From contig NC_013849.1 in the NCBI RefSeq assembly GCF_000025505.1, forward strand, positions 51,250 through 83,249: a stretch of DNA of 32,000 nucleotides, in the 5' to 3' direction. The translations under genes and the position numbers were made by a program. The DNA comes from Ferroglobus placidus DSM 10642. GTDB lineage: Archaea; Halobacteriota; Archaeoglobi; Archaeoglobales; Archaeoglobaceae. The notes beneath the pieces are model-generated. The model saw nothing but the letters and a program-made list of their open reading frames with translations. It had not been told where the DNA came from and ran no database searches. Positions 8,429 through 17,652 of this stretch are shown here, piece after piece (the stretch's first letter is position 1; every line of letters starts with the position of its first letter).

Positions 8429-9307
8429 ATGGAAGCTCTTTTAAATTTTTTAATTTACGGTTTAGTGCAGAGCGCGTTTCTATCTCTTGTCGCTATAGGG
8501 TTTTCGTTAACCTACGGCATAAGCAGGCTGCCGAACTTCGCCCACGGAGCTTTGTACATTCTTGCAGGCTTTTTAATCTGGAACGGGCTTAACGTCTGGA
8601 AGATAGGCTATCTACCTTCGGTAGTTTTGGCAATAATTTTCACGGCTTTGATAGGCTATACTCTCTACTACGGAATAATCATAAGAGTTAGAGGAATGGA
8701 GGTTTCGGAGGTAATAGCAACCTTTGCTTTCAGCTTCGTAGTCGTTGAACTTCTCAGATACTTCGGCTTGTTCGGACTTTCCTACACTCTGCCACCATTT
8801 TTGAGGGGAAGCTTGGAATTTGCTGGAATTGTGTTGGATTACCAGAGACTGATAGTTATCGTATCTACTCTTGCCCTCGTCGCCTTCCTCTACCTCTTCA
8901 CCCACTACACGAAGACCGGTTTGGCTTTTAGGGCTATAGCTCAGGATGAGCAAGTGGCTATGATGCTGGGAATAGACTCGGACAGAGTTGCAGCTTTAAG
9001 CTTAGCTTTCGGTTCGGCTTTAGCAGCTTTAGCAGCAGCAATCTGGATTCCCGTAAGCCAGCTGGCATCTGAATCAGCGTTGGAAATACTCCTTTACGCT
9101 TTAGTTGTCAGCATTCTCGGCGGACTTGGAAGCGTGGCTGGAGTGATAGTAGCCAGTTTGATCATAGGCTACGCTCAAGTCTTTACGGCTTCGTTTATAG
9201 CTCCCCATTACCAGATGATAGTTGCTCTTGTTGCAATAATAATCCTGCTTCTTACCAAGCCTTCTGGCATATTCGGAAAGCAGAAAGAGCTGGAGGAGAG
9301 AGTATGA
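8429..9307 (+). CDS. ABC transporter permease, LivH-like
   Basis: Multi-TM; LVAIGFSLTYGISRLPNFAHGALYILAGF typical of LivH. Confidence 0.9.
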   Translation: MEALLNFLIYGLVQSAFLSLVAIGFSLTYGISRLPNFAHGALYILAGFLIWNGLNVWKIGYLPSVVLAIIFTALIGYTLYYGIIIRVRGMEVSEVIATFAFSFVVVELLRYFGLFGLSYTLPPFLRGSLEFAGIVLDYQRLIVIVSTLALVAFLYLFTHYTKTGLAFRAIAQDEQVAMMLGIDSDRVAALSLAFGSALAALAAAIWIPVSQLASESALEILLYALVVSILGGLGSVAGVIVASLIIGYAQVFTASFIAPHYQMIVALVAIIILLLTKPSGIFGKQKELEERV

Positions 9308-10311
9308 ACGAGCTGAGAAGGGAAAGAATAGATCGACCTATTAAAGCAAGGACAGATGACATATACGCTTTGATGAGCTATAGGGAGTTGAGCTACCTTT
9401 TACTTCCGAGAATTTTACCAGTAGCGATTCTTCTCCTACTCCCGCTGATAGTTCCCAACCTATACTACCTGAGAGTTCTCAACATAGCTTTATCTTTCGC
9501 GATCCTCGCGGCAAGCTGGGATTTCTTGGCAAATTACGTCGGATTGGTCTCTCTTGGTCACGCTCTCTTTTTCGGAATAGGCGCTTATACAGCCGGAGCT
9601 CTCTCAGCCTACTTCGACTTGCCTATCTTTGTCACGATACCCTTAGCAACTTTGGCTGGAGGTGCGATTTCAACAGCGCTAATCTACCCAACTTTGAAGG
9701 TTCGAGGAATATACTTCTCCCTTATAACCCTCGCGTTCCCCTTGCTTTTAGCCAGGTTAATAGAAGCTACGGACATCCTCGGCGGGACTCTCGGAATAAC
9801 CGACGTTGAAGGCTTTCCAAATCCGTGGATAGAAAGTTACCTACTAATCTTCTCGCTAATCGTCGTAGTTTTCGGATTGAGAAGGTTGCTTGGAGAAGAC
9901 CTCGGAATAGTCCTGAGGGCTATAAAGGACAACGACTTAACTGTGGAAGCTTCCGGAATCAACGTGAATAAGTACAGAGCTGTTGCGGTTTTCATCTCCT
10001 CAGCCATAGCATCTTTCGTTGGCGCTTACACAGCCCACTCCTACATGTTCGTCGGTTTGCCCTACCTCAATCTTGAGTACTCGATTTTCCCTATAGCAGC
10101 TACAGTCGTCGGAGGAATGAGCTCCATAGCCGGAGCTGCTATAGGAGCTTTCGTTCTCGTTCCGCTGAGCGAAATGCTGAGAGAATTCGGAACGTTGAGA
10201 ATAGCGATATACTCCCTTCTGCTAATGCTCTTCATAGCTCTTCGTCCCGAGGGAATCTACATGTTCCTCTGGAGGAAATATCACCAGATCGAGAGGTGGG
10301 TGAAAGCTTGA
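9304..10311 (+). CDS. ABC transporter permease, LivM-like
   Basis: NYVGLVSLGHALFFGIGAYTAGAL...GGMSSIAGAAIGAFVLV typical of LivM; 4-nt overlap with upstream gene. Confidence 0.9.
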   Translation: MNELRRERIDRPIKARTDDIYALMSYRELSYLLLPRILPVAILLLLPLIVPNLYYLRVLNIALSFAILAASWDFLANYVGLVSLGHALFFGIGAYTAGALSAYFDLPIFVTIPLATLAGGAISTALIYPTLKVRGIYFSLITLAFPLLLARLIEATDILGGTLGITDVEGFPNPWIESYLLIFSLIVVVFGLRRLLGEDLGIVLRAIKDNDLTVEASGINVNKYRAVAVFISSAIASFVGAYTAHSYMFVGLPYLNLEYSIFPIAATVVGGMSSIAGAAIGAFVLVPLSEMLREFGTLRIAIYSLLLMLFIALRPEGIYMFLWRKYHQIERWVKA

Positions 10312-11048
10312 TAAGAGTTGAAAATCTGACGAAGAGGTTCGGAGGAGTCGTTGCGGCAAACAACATAAGCTTTGAGGTGAAAAAGGGAGAGGTTCTCGGA
10401 ATTATAGGACCTAACGGGAGCGGAAAAACTACTGTGGTGAATCTCATAACCGGATTCATAAAGCCAGACTCTGGGAAAGTGTTTTTTGCCGGAAAAGATA
10501 TAACTTCAAAACCTCCCCACGAAATAGCTAACCTCGGCGTTGTTAGGACTTTTCAAAACGTCAGACCTTTCTACAACTTGCCAGCTTACAAGAATCTCAT
10601 AATTCCTCTTTACTCCCCAAGGGCTAAAAGCTTCGAAGAGTTCAAACATGGGGATAGAGACCACATAGCTTTGGATCTTCTTGAAGAGGTCGGATTCGAA
10701 AGAGATTCTCCGATTCCGTACAAACCAGCCTCAGCTCTACCTCACGGATACATAAAAAGGCTTGAGCTTGCGAGGGCTTTGGCTTTAAAGCCAGAAGTTT
10801 TGATTTGCGACGAACTTTTCAGCGGTTTGAGTCAGGCTGAAATAGCGAGCTTGCTGCCGATACTTGAAAAGCTAAACGAGAACGGTTTGACGCTTATAAT
10901 GGTAGAGCACAGACTCAAAGAGCTTTTCGAGTTAGCTGACAAAGTTGTGGTTTTGGAGTACGGGGAAAAGATAGCCGAAGGAAAGCCGGAGGAAATCGTT
11001 GAGGACGAGAAGGTTAAGGAGGCTTTTCTCGGTGCGGAGGTGATTTAA
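10296..11048 (+). CDS. ABC transporter ATPase, LivG-like
   Basis: GPNGSGKTTVVNLITGF Walker A, RTFQNVRPF, HGYIKRLELARALALKPEVLICDE. Confidence 0.92.
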   Translation: MGESLIRVENLTKRFGGVVAANNISFEVKKGEVLGIIGPNGSGKTTVVNLITGFIKPDSGKVFFAGKDITSKPPHEIANLGVVRTFQNVRPFYNLPAYKNLIIPLYSPRAKSFEEFKHGDRDHIALDLLEEVGFERDSPIPYKPASALPHGYIKRLELARALALKPEVLICDELFSGLSQAEIASLLPILEKLNENGLTLIMVEHRLKELFELADKVVVLEYGEKIAEGKPEEIVEDEKVKEAFLGAEVI

Positions 11049-11794
11049 TGCTTAAAACGAATGAGCTCACGGTGTTCTACGAAAACGCAATAGCCGTTAA
11101 CAACGTTGACATTGAGGTTGAGGAGGGAGAGATCGTCGGGTTATTCGGACCTAACGGAGCCGGAAAATCGACGCTGATGTACACGATTTCCGGGATAATA
11201 CTTGATAAGAAAAAGAAGGAGGAGATGAGGGGTGGAGAGAGAATAACGATTCTCGGAAGGATAGAGTACGAAAAAAAAGATATAACTTTTCTCAAGCCGA
11301 ATAAGAGAGCGGAAATGGGCATAATTCTCTGTCCGGAGAGAAGAAGGGTTTTTCCGGAAAGCAGCGTTGTTGAGAACTTGAAAATCGGAGGTTACCTTAG
11401 AAGCTGGAGGGAGGTGAAAGAAGATATAGAAAAGATGTTCGAGATATTTCCGGAGCTTGAAAAGCATAAAAACAAGCCTGCAGGCTTTTTAAGCGGAGGA
11501 GAACAGCAGATGCTTGCGATAGCGAGAGCTTTAATGGCGAAACCCAAGCTGTTACTTTTGGACGAACCCCTGCTCGGACTGGCTCCTCTCGTTCAAAAAA
11601 GGATAGTCGAAGTCGTAAAAAGAATAAGGGATGAGCTTGGAGTTACCGTCCTCGTGGCTGAGCAGTACGCGAGACCCGTCTTTCCGATAATCGACAGAGG
11701 TTACATCATCGAGCGGGGAACTATCTCCTTCTCCGGCACTTCCGAGGAGTTGATGAGTAACCCGAACGTTAAAGCAGCATATTTGGGGGTGTGA
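11048..11794 (+). CDS. ABC transporter ATPase, LivF-like
   Basis: GPNGAGKSTLMYTISG, LSGGEQQMLAIARALMAKPKLLLLDEPLLGLAP. Confidence 0.93.
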   Translation: MLKTNELTVFYENAIAVNNVDIEVEEGEIVGLFGPNGAGKSTLMYTISGIILDKKKKEEMRGGERITILGRIEYEKKDITFLKPNKRAEMGIILCPERRRVFPESSVVENLKIGGYLRSWREVKEDIEKMFEIFPELEKHKNKPAGFLSGGEQQMLAIARALMAKPKLLLLDEPLLGLAPLVQKRIVEVVKRIRDELGVTVLVAEQYARPVFPIIDRGYIIERGTISFSGTSEELMSNPNVKAAYLGV

Positions 11795-11798
11795 GAGC

Positions 11799-13442
11799 AT
11801 GCTGAAAGATAATCTTCACGATAAAGTGCTGGAGATGACCGAGAAAGAAAAGACTGTTTTAACGAAAATTTACGAGATGAGCGAAAAGTATCCGGATCAA
11901 ACGGCGCTAATTTTCTTGGGAGAAAAGTACAACTACAAAAAGCTAATCAAACTAATAGAAAGCTTTTCTTCTGGAATTTCCGAGCTCGGAGTTAAAAAAG
12001 GAGATAGAGTAATGCTTTATCTTCCCAACTCCCCTCAGTTTCTCATCTCCTACTTCGGATTGATGAGGATAGGAGCTATTCCGGTGCCCGTCTCTCCCAT
12101 CTACACGAGTAACGAAATAAGGTACATGCTCGAAAACAGCGGAGCTAAAGTCGTTATCTGCAGCGATACGAACATAGGGTACGTTAGAGCCGTTGAAGAA
12201 GTTGGAGTTGAGAAAATCGTCGTTACGAACGTAGCTGATATGCTGCCAAAGTGGAAGAAAATTGTTGGAGAGCTTTTCGACAAAATTCCGAAGGGCAGCT
12301 ACGAAAAATCCGAGAAAGTATTTGAGTTCAAAAAACTGCTTAAAAAAGGAGAAAGCGTTGAAGAAGCAGAAATTGATCCGAAGAAGGATATAGCGCACAT
12401 TCTGTACACCGGCGGAACAACCGGAAGACCAAAAGGTGTCGTTCACACACACGCTTTTCTGCTAAGCGGAATAATCGGGTTGAGGGAGACTTACAAAGAA
12501 ATAAAAGAGCTTGAAAACAAGTTCGTCGTCGTCGTTCCCCTCTTCCACATGTTCGCATTGGACATGATAATGTCCACGACTCTCCACAAAGCCAACACCG
12601 CAATTTTGATGCCCAAGCCAAACATCGATGCAATCCTGGCGAGCATCGAGTACTACGAAGCTACTCTTTTTGCCGGAGTTCCGACTCTCTACAGGATGAT
12701 TCTCGAACACGATAGAGTCGACTATTACGACCTCTCCTCTCTCAAATTCTGCTGGAGCGCCGGAGACGTTCTTCCGGCTGAGGTTTACAAAATGTGGAAG
12801 GAGAAATTCGGAATTCCCCTCCACCAAGTTTACGGATCAACGGAAACCGTCGTCATTGCTGTAACGAGACTTTCTGAGGAGCCGAAGCTTGGTAGCGTTG
12901 GAAAGATAGTTCCGGGGAGAATCGCTAAGATTATCGATCCGGAAACGCTTGAGGAGGTTGAAGGGGAGGGGGAGTTGATCGTAACATCCGAATACCTCAC
13001 CATGGGTTATTGGAGAAACCCGGAAGAGACGGAGAAGGGATTCATAGAGAGCGGAGGTTATCTGTGGTGCAGAACCGGAGATTTCGTGAAAATTTACGAA
13101 GATAAGCTATATTTCGTCGATAGAAGGAAGGACATCATCAAGTACAAAGGGTACAGAATTGCGGCAAGTGAAGTTGAAGCTGTTTTGCAATCCCATCCGG
13201 CTGTTATTGCTGCAAGCGTTATTGGTGTACCAGACGAGAGAGTTGGAGAAAGAATTAAGGCTTTCGTGGTGTTGAAGGAGGACGCGAGAATTACAGCTCA
13301 TGATTTGAAGAGATGGTGCAGGGAAAGATTGGCACCTTACAAAGTTCCGGACTACATCGAGTTCAGGGACTTTCTTCCGAAGTCAAAAGTTGGAAAGATT
13401 TTGAGGAGAGAATTAAGAGATCAGGAACTCAGGAGGGGATGA
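11799..13442 (+). CDS. AMP-forming acyl/aryl-CoA ligase
   Basis: ILYTGGTTGRPKGVVHTHAF, YGSTETV, YRIAASEVEAVLQSHPAV, PKSKVGKILRREL: ANL superfamily motifs; 4 nt after livF-like gene. Confidence 0.9.
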   Translation: MLKDNLHDKVLEMTEKEKTVLTKIYEMSEKYPDQTALIFLGEKYNYKKLIKLIESFSSGISELGVKKGDRVMLYLPNSPQFLISYFGLMRIGAIPVPVSPIYTSNEIRYMLENSGAKVVICSDTNIGYVRAVEEVGVEKIVVTNVADMLPKWKKIVGELFDKIPKGSYEKSEKVFEFKKLLKKGESVEEAEIDPKKDIAHILYTGGTTGRPKGVVHTHAFLLSGIIGLRETYKEIKELENKFVVVVPLFHMFALDMIMSTTLHKANTAILMPKPNIDAILASIEYYEATLFAGVPTLYRMILEHDRVDYYDLSSLKFCWSAGDVLPAEVYKMWKEKFGIPLHQVYGSTETVVIAVTRLSEEPKLGSVGKIVPGRIAKIIDPETLEEVEGEGELIVTSEYLTMGYWRNPEETEKGFIESGGYLWCRTGDFVKIYEDKLYFVDRRKDIIKYKGYRIAASEVEAVLQSHPAVIAASVIGVPDERVGERIKAFVVLKEDARITAHDLKRWCRERLAPYKVPDYIEFRDFLPKSKVGKILRRELRDQELRRG

Positions 13443-13922
13443 CTCAAAAATTTCGGGGGAGAAGCGGAACTTGTAAATGTCGTAGACGAACATTAGGTTG
13501 AGCTCGTCCACAAATTCCCCGTGCCTGTCTAAGAACTCGTGAATCCACATGGTAACCTCTTTAAAGCTTCTGAAAGCTGCTAACACCTTCCATCTTCTCA
13601 CCCCTCCAGTTACGGCGAACATAACAACGTGAGCTGAACCTATTAAATATTCATACGCTTTCTTCCATTTTTTGAAGTGGTGGTTGTTGAAGCTCATCTC
13701 GATAAAAGCGAAAATTAAGTTGTTCTCGTTTGGAATTATTACTTCCCTTATCGCACCGCTCTTTTTTAGTTCTTGCAAAATTCTCGCAACTCTCGTCAGA
13801 CTTATTTGTATTCCGTACTCTTTCAGCAAAATTTCTCTGAGCTCCTTGACGGTGACGTTCGGATTTTTCACCTTTTCTTTGATTATGATCGTCTTAACTT
13901 TATCCAGCTTCATACCTTTCAC
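13413..13922 (-). CDS. Lrp/AsnC-like winged-helix transcriptional regulator
   Basis: N-terminal HTH (NPNVTVKELREILLKEYGIQISLTRVARILQELKKSGAIREVIIP) followed by a ligand-domain-like region; 51 nt downstream of the PpsB-like gene in the same orientation. Confidence 0.6.
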   Translation of the reverse strand: MKGMKLDKVKTIIIKEKVKNPNVTVKELREILLKEYGIQISLTRVARILQELKKSGAIREVIIPNENNLIFAFIEMSFNNHHFKKWKKAYEYLIGSAHVVMFAVTGGVRRWKVLAAFRSFKEVTMWIHEFLDRHGEFVDELNLMFVYDIYKFRFSPEIFESSPPEFLIS

Positions 13923-13973
13923 CTTGCTTCTTAGTCACAAAGTGTTTAAAGGTGATAAAAAATTAATATTTAA

Positions 13974-15044
13974 TCATTTCGGAATCTTGAAAGGAGTTAA
14001 AGCTCGTTCCATGAGCAAATCGAAACCGCTCTTTTTGCCAATGACTGGCTCCTTCTTCTTTTGACTCCACACCGTCTCTGGACGAGCTTGAAGAATGAAA
14101 ACGTTCTTTGGGAAGTCGAAGTCTTTATCTATTGCCCACTCTATGTCCATTGGATGAGAGTAATGTTCCTCAATCTTCTTCCCTATCTCCGCCAAGTAAA
14201 CAATTTCCTCATCGCTCAAGGACGGCTTTTCCCTCAAATCCTCAGGAACTTCTTCGTGAACAACTTTCCCATCCTTGTAAACGCACCACACGAGTTTTGG
14301 AGAGATCGTTCTGTCCAATATTTCCTTCGTAACTTTATCTACGACGAACCTGTCTGGAGTTACCTCTCCACTTACAATAGCCTCTCCAAGCCCCCAAGCA
14401 GATTCGATAACGATCTGACTCTCATCTCCGTTTGTCGGATTGAGAGTGAACATAACTCCGCTGCTCCTCGAATTTACCATCTTCTGAACTACGACGGCGA
14501 TGGAAACCTCATAATGATCAAAACCTTTCGTCGCTCTGTAGGCTATCGCTCTCGGAGTGTAGAGACTGCTCCAGCACTTTAAAACGTGCTTCACTACTTC
14601 ATCCTCTCCTTTAATCCAGAGATAAGTTTCCTGCTGTCCGGCGAAACTTGCGTCGGGCACATCCTCTGCTGTTGCTGAGCTTCTTACAGCCACAGCCACT
14701 TCTTCGCCGACGATTTCGCACAGCTTTCTGTAAGCTTCTCTAATCTCTTCTTCGATTTTTTCCGGAATCGGAGTCGATTCCACAATCTCCCTCGCCAAAG
14801 CACTGACTTTTTCAAGCTCTTCCGTATTCTTTACGTCAACCTCGGATATTATCCTCGCTATCTGCGCTTTCTTCCCCCTCTCTTTCGCCCCTTCTAAGAA
14901 TTCCTCAAAAGCGTTTATTGTGATAACAAAGCCAGGTGGAATCGGAAAGCCAGCCTTTACCATCTCTCCTAAATTTGCCCCTTTTCCTCCTGCTATGCCA
15001 ACATCTTCTTTGCTTATTTCGTCAAACCACTTAACATACTTCAT
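13974..15044 (-). CDS. PEP-synthase/PPDK N-terminal ATP-binding domain protein, candidate phenylphosphate synthase subunit B
   Basis: GGKGANLGEMVKAGFPIPPGFVIT...VRSSATAEDVPDASFAGQQETYL...MDIEWAIDKDFDFPKNVFILQARPET; stand-alone 356-aa domain ending after LQARPET, as in PpsB. Confidence 0.8.
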   Translation of the reverse strand: MKYVKWFDEISKEDVGIAGGKGANLGEMVKAGFPIPPGFVITINAFEEFLEGAKERGKKAQIARIISEVDVKNTEELEKVSALAREIVESTPIPEKIEEEIREAYRKLCEIVGEEVAVAVRSSATAEDVPDASFAGQQETYLWIKGEDEVVKHVLKCWSSLYTPRAIAYRATKGFDHYEVSIAVVVQKMVNSRSSGVMFTLNPTNGDESQIVIESAWGLGEAIVSGEVTPDRFVVDKVTKEILDRTISPKLVWCVYKDGKVVHEEVPEDLREKPSLSDEEIVYLAEIGKKIEEHYSHPMDIEWAIDKDFDFPKNVFILQARPETVWSQKKKEPVIGKKSGFDLLMERALTPFKIPK

Positions 15045-15055
15045 AGAGTACCACC

Positions 15056-15070
15056 TTCAACAATAGTCAA
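15056..15070. promoter_or_regulatory. Putative regulator site TTCAACAATAGTCAA (minus-strand TTGACTATTGTTGAA) upstream of PpsB-like gene
   Basis: Lies between a TATA-like TTTAAATATA and the GGTGGT SD; matches the site at 17057-17073. Confidence 0.4.
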
Positions 15071-15143
15071 TTATATATCGTTATATTTAAAACCTTGTCA
15101 AGTCTTAGCATTGATTAAAAATAATGGTGTAAAAAAAGTGGAG

Positions 15144-16997
15144 CTATTCTTCGGCTCTCTTCACAATCGTTACTACTCCCTTATCTCCGTCCACCCTGAT
15201 TATATCTCCGGTTTTTATCACCTGCGTAGCTATTCCCGTTCCGGTAACTGCTGGAATTCCGTATTCCCTACAAACTATCGCAGCGTGACTCGTCAATCCT
15301 CCTATGTCGGTCACAGCAGCTTTTATTTTCGTGAAAACGGGAGCCCAGCTCGGATTAGTATTTGGACAGACGAGAATCTCTCCCTCCTGCACCTGATCTA
15401 TCTCATCCAAGAACCTTATAACTCTGGCTTTCCCTTCAACAACTCCAGATGAAGATGCAAATCCTTTTATTTCCGTGACTTCCTCCGGTCGGTAGGTAAC
15501 ACCTTTAATCCACTCGCTGACTTTCTCCGAAGTTATTCCCCAGAGCATCACGGTAAATGGTTCCGTTACCTCTTCAGGAACGGTTCCCAAAGCTGGCGGA
15601 GGAGTCCAGTTCCTCGCTGCTTCGAGAATCTTCTTTCTCTTTTGAGCTTTTCTCTTCCAGTATTCAGCTCTCGGCGGCACGTTTTCTCCCAGAGCCCAAG
15701 CGGTGACGAGATCTTCAATGATCATTGGAATTTCGAAGCGATTGAAGAGGAAGATGTCGTCCACTTCGTTTAGCATTCCGTACCTGACGAAAAGTTTTCC
15801 GAACTCTCTCATTTTCTCAAAAACTATCGTGTGGAACCAGTGCTCGACCCAGAAGAGGTGGTTTTCGGCGTAATCGTAAATGTCTCTGACAATCTTGTAC
15901 GCTTCGTCGAACGCTTTTCTATCTTCGTCGGTTTTGATTAGCTTTCTGTACTCCTCAACGAGCTTTTCTCTCGCTTTGTGGATCTCGTCGATGTCTCTCT
16001 CTATCGTCTCACCTTTTTCAAGCATCTCTATGTAGCTTTTTAAGTAGCTGAAGGGGACTTCAAGGGTGTTTATCCAGCTTCCCTCGTAGTGGAACCATCC
16101 GCTACCGCAGGAGACGTAGAACCACGGATCTTTCGCCTCGTCAAATGCTCTAAGCCACTCTCTCCCTTCAGGAAAAATCTTTAATTCCTCAATCTTCTCC
16201 TCCGGGCTTTTGTCCGATTTCAGTATTTCCACAACCCTACCTCCAAGGGAAATGGCGAGCCTCGCAAGTTTTGCAAGCTCTTCTTGCGGTCGAAACATCA
16301 CCACGTCAGCTCCGGCTACCATCTTACCTATCGTGGACTCGCTTATTCCGGGGAAAAGCTTTCTGACAACGTCAGCAAAAGTCAGATAAGCCAAGTAGCT
16401 CAGATTTAGGTACTGGAAGTGGTACTGCCAAGCTTTGAATATCGCATCTATCAGCTTGTCGTAGGCTTCCATCAAGTCGTAGGAGGAATAGTACCCTCTT
16501 GGCTCCGGAATTACCCTTTCCTCTGGCTCAAAGGTTGGCAAATCAGGAACTTCTATGTTCTTAACGTACTCTCCGAGCTCTCTGAACTTCTTTTCCCACT
16601 TTTCATACAACTTCTCGCTCTTGTAATTCTGAAAAACCCAGAAAGCTCTTTTTTGAAACAGCTCGGCTTTCTTCTTAATCGTTTCCTCGCTTGGAGGCTC
16701 TACTGCGCAGATGTAGAAGTAGCAACCGAGAATTCTCTGGGCAACTCCCTGCGCTGGAGGAATGCAGAAGACCCTCGTGTTGTACTGAGATAAAGCGATC
16801 TGCCAAGCTTCGTGGAAGATCAAGTCGAAGGGATACATTGGATCTGGCGCGTGTATTTTGTCGAGGTACCAGAACTGCCTTTCTTCCCACTCTTTTCTCT
16901 CTTCGCTGAATATGTAGTGGGGTGGATACATCTCTTCCCATCCTTCAAGCTCCTTTGGAACTTCCACTTCCAGCGGTTTAGGAAATCCGTTTCCCAA
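15144..16997 (-). CDS. PEP-utilizing phosphohistidine-domain protein, candidate phenylphosphate synthase subunit A
   Basis: C-terminus GEILVCPNTNPSWAPVFTKIKAAVTDIGGLTSHAAIVCREYGIPAVTGTG contains the catalytic-His motif; long N-terminal non-PEPS region as in PpsA. Track start is 17015; a TTG start at 16997 after GAGGTGG is more plausible. Confidence 0.8.
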   Translation of the reverse strand: MGNGFPKPLEVEVPKELEGWEEMYPPHYIFSEERKEWEERQFWYLDKIHAPDPMYPFDLIFHEAWQIALSQYNTRVFCIPPAQGVAQRILGCYFYICAVEPPSEETIKKKAELFQKRAFWVFQNYKSEKLYEKWEKKFRELGEYVKNIEVPDLPTFEPEERVIPEPRGYYSSYDLMEAYDKLIDAIFKAWQYHFQYLNLSYLAYLTFADVVRKLFPGISESTIGKMVAGADVVMFRPQEELAKLARLAISLGGRVVEILKSDKSPEEKIEELKIFPEGREWLRAFDEAKDPWFYVSCGSGWFHYEGSWINTLEVPFSYLKSYIEMLEKGETIERDIDEIHKAREKLVEEYRKLIKTDEDRKAFDEAYKIVRDIYDYAENHLFWVEHWFHTIVFEKMREFGKLFVRYGMLNEVDDIFLFNRFEIPMIIEDLVTAWALGENVPPRAEYWKRKAQKRKKILEAARNWTPPPALGTVPEEVTEPFTVMLWGITSEKVSEWIKGVTYRPEEVTEIKGFASSSGVVEGKARVIRFLDEIDQVQEGEILVCPNTNPSWAPVFTKIKAAVTDIGGLTSHAAIVCREYGIPAVTGTGIATQVIKTGDIIRVDGDKGVVTIVKRAEE

Positions 16998-17056
16998 AAC
17001 TACCACCTCACCCAAAAGTTTTCAAACAATAAATAATTAGAAATATTTAGCTCTTT

Positions 17057-17073
17057 GTCAACAATTGTCATTG
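17057..17073. promoter_or_regulatory. Putative regulator site GTCAACAATTGTCATTG upstream of PpsA-like gene
   Basis: Minus strand ATGACAATTGTTGA matches TTGACTATTGTTGA at 12/14 positions; sits just downstream of TATA-like CTTTTAAAC. Confidence 0.4.
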
Positions 17074-17232
17074 AAAAGTTTAAAAGCTAAGTGCTAATTC
17101 GAATTGATCGAATTTTTCTTTGGCAGCGGGTTAATTCACAAGCAGAGTCTTGGTGTGCTCGGAAACGTAAATAACTTTGTCAACACCTGACGTTGAAAAA
17201 TCTTCTTATTGCTTCGCTCTTTTAAATTCTCC

Positions 17233-17652
17233 ATGAAGTTTGAGGTGATCGTCAGAGGCATTGTTAAGGATGGAGACAAAGTTCTCATCGGATTGAAGAG
17301 AAGGGACGATCCTCACCCGCTACAAGGTGAGTGGCACTTCCCCGGGGGAAGGTTGGAGTACGAAGAGAATCCTTGGGAGGCTGTTGAAAGGGAGATCGAG
17401 GAAGAGACCGGGTATAAAGTAAAGGCGGAGAGGATTATCGACGTCATTCCTAAAAAGCTCATCTGGCCGAACGAAATTGGAGAGCAGCAAACGCTACACG
17501 TAGTCTTTTCTTGCAAACTACTCGGAGGGAAAGCAAAAGCGGGAGACGATGTTGAAGAGGTCAAGTGGATTTCTGTGGAGGAGATAGACCGCTACTTGAA
17601 AAAAGAGTTTCTGCTGGAATCGAGTTTAGTTAGGGAGTTCATCGAATCTTGA
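17233..17652 (+). CDS. Nudix hydrolase
   Basis: Nudix box GGRLEYEENPWEAVEREIEEETGY. ATG at 17233 preferred over the track start at 17209. Confidence 0.9.
   Translation: MKFEVIVRGIVKDGDKVLIGLKRRDDPHPLQGEWHFPGGRLEYEENPWEAVEREIEEETGYKVKAERIIDVIPKKLIWPNEIGEQQTLHVVFSCKLLGGKAKAGDDVEEVKWISVEEIDRYLKKEFLLESSLVREFIES

Noticed and set aside
13974-16997. Calling the pair a gluconeogenic PEP synthase
   Set aside because: No PEP-synthase TIM-barrel domain, domains split in PpsA/PpsB fashion, and context is aromatic metabolism.
16419-17036. Several overlapping plus-strand ORFs (124, 72, 74 aa)
   Set aside because: All antisense to the PpsA-like gene with low-complexity, shadow-ORF composition.
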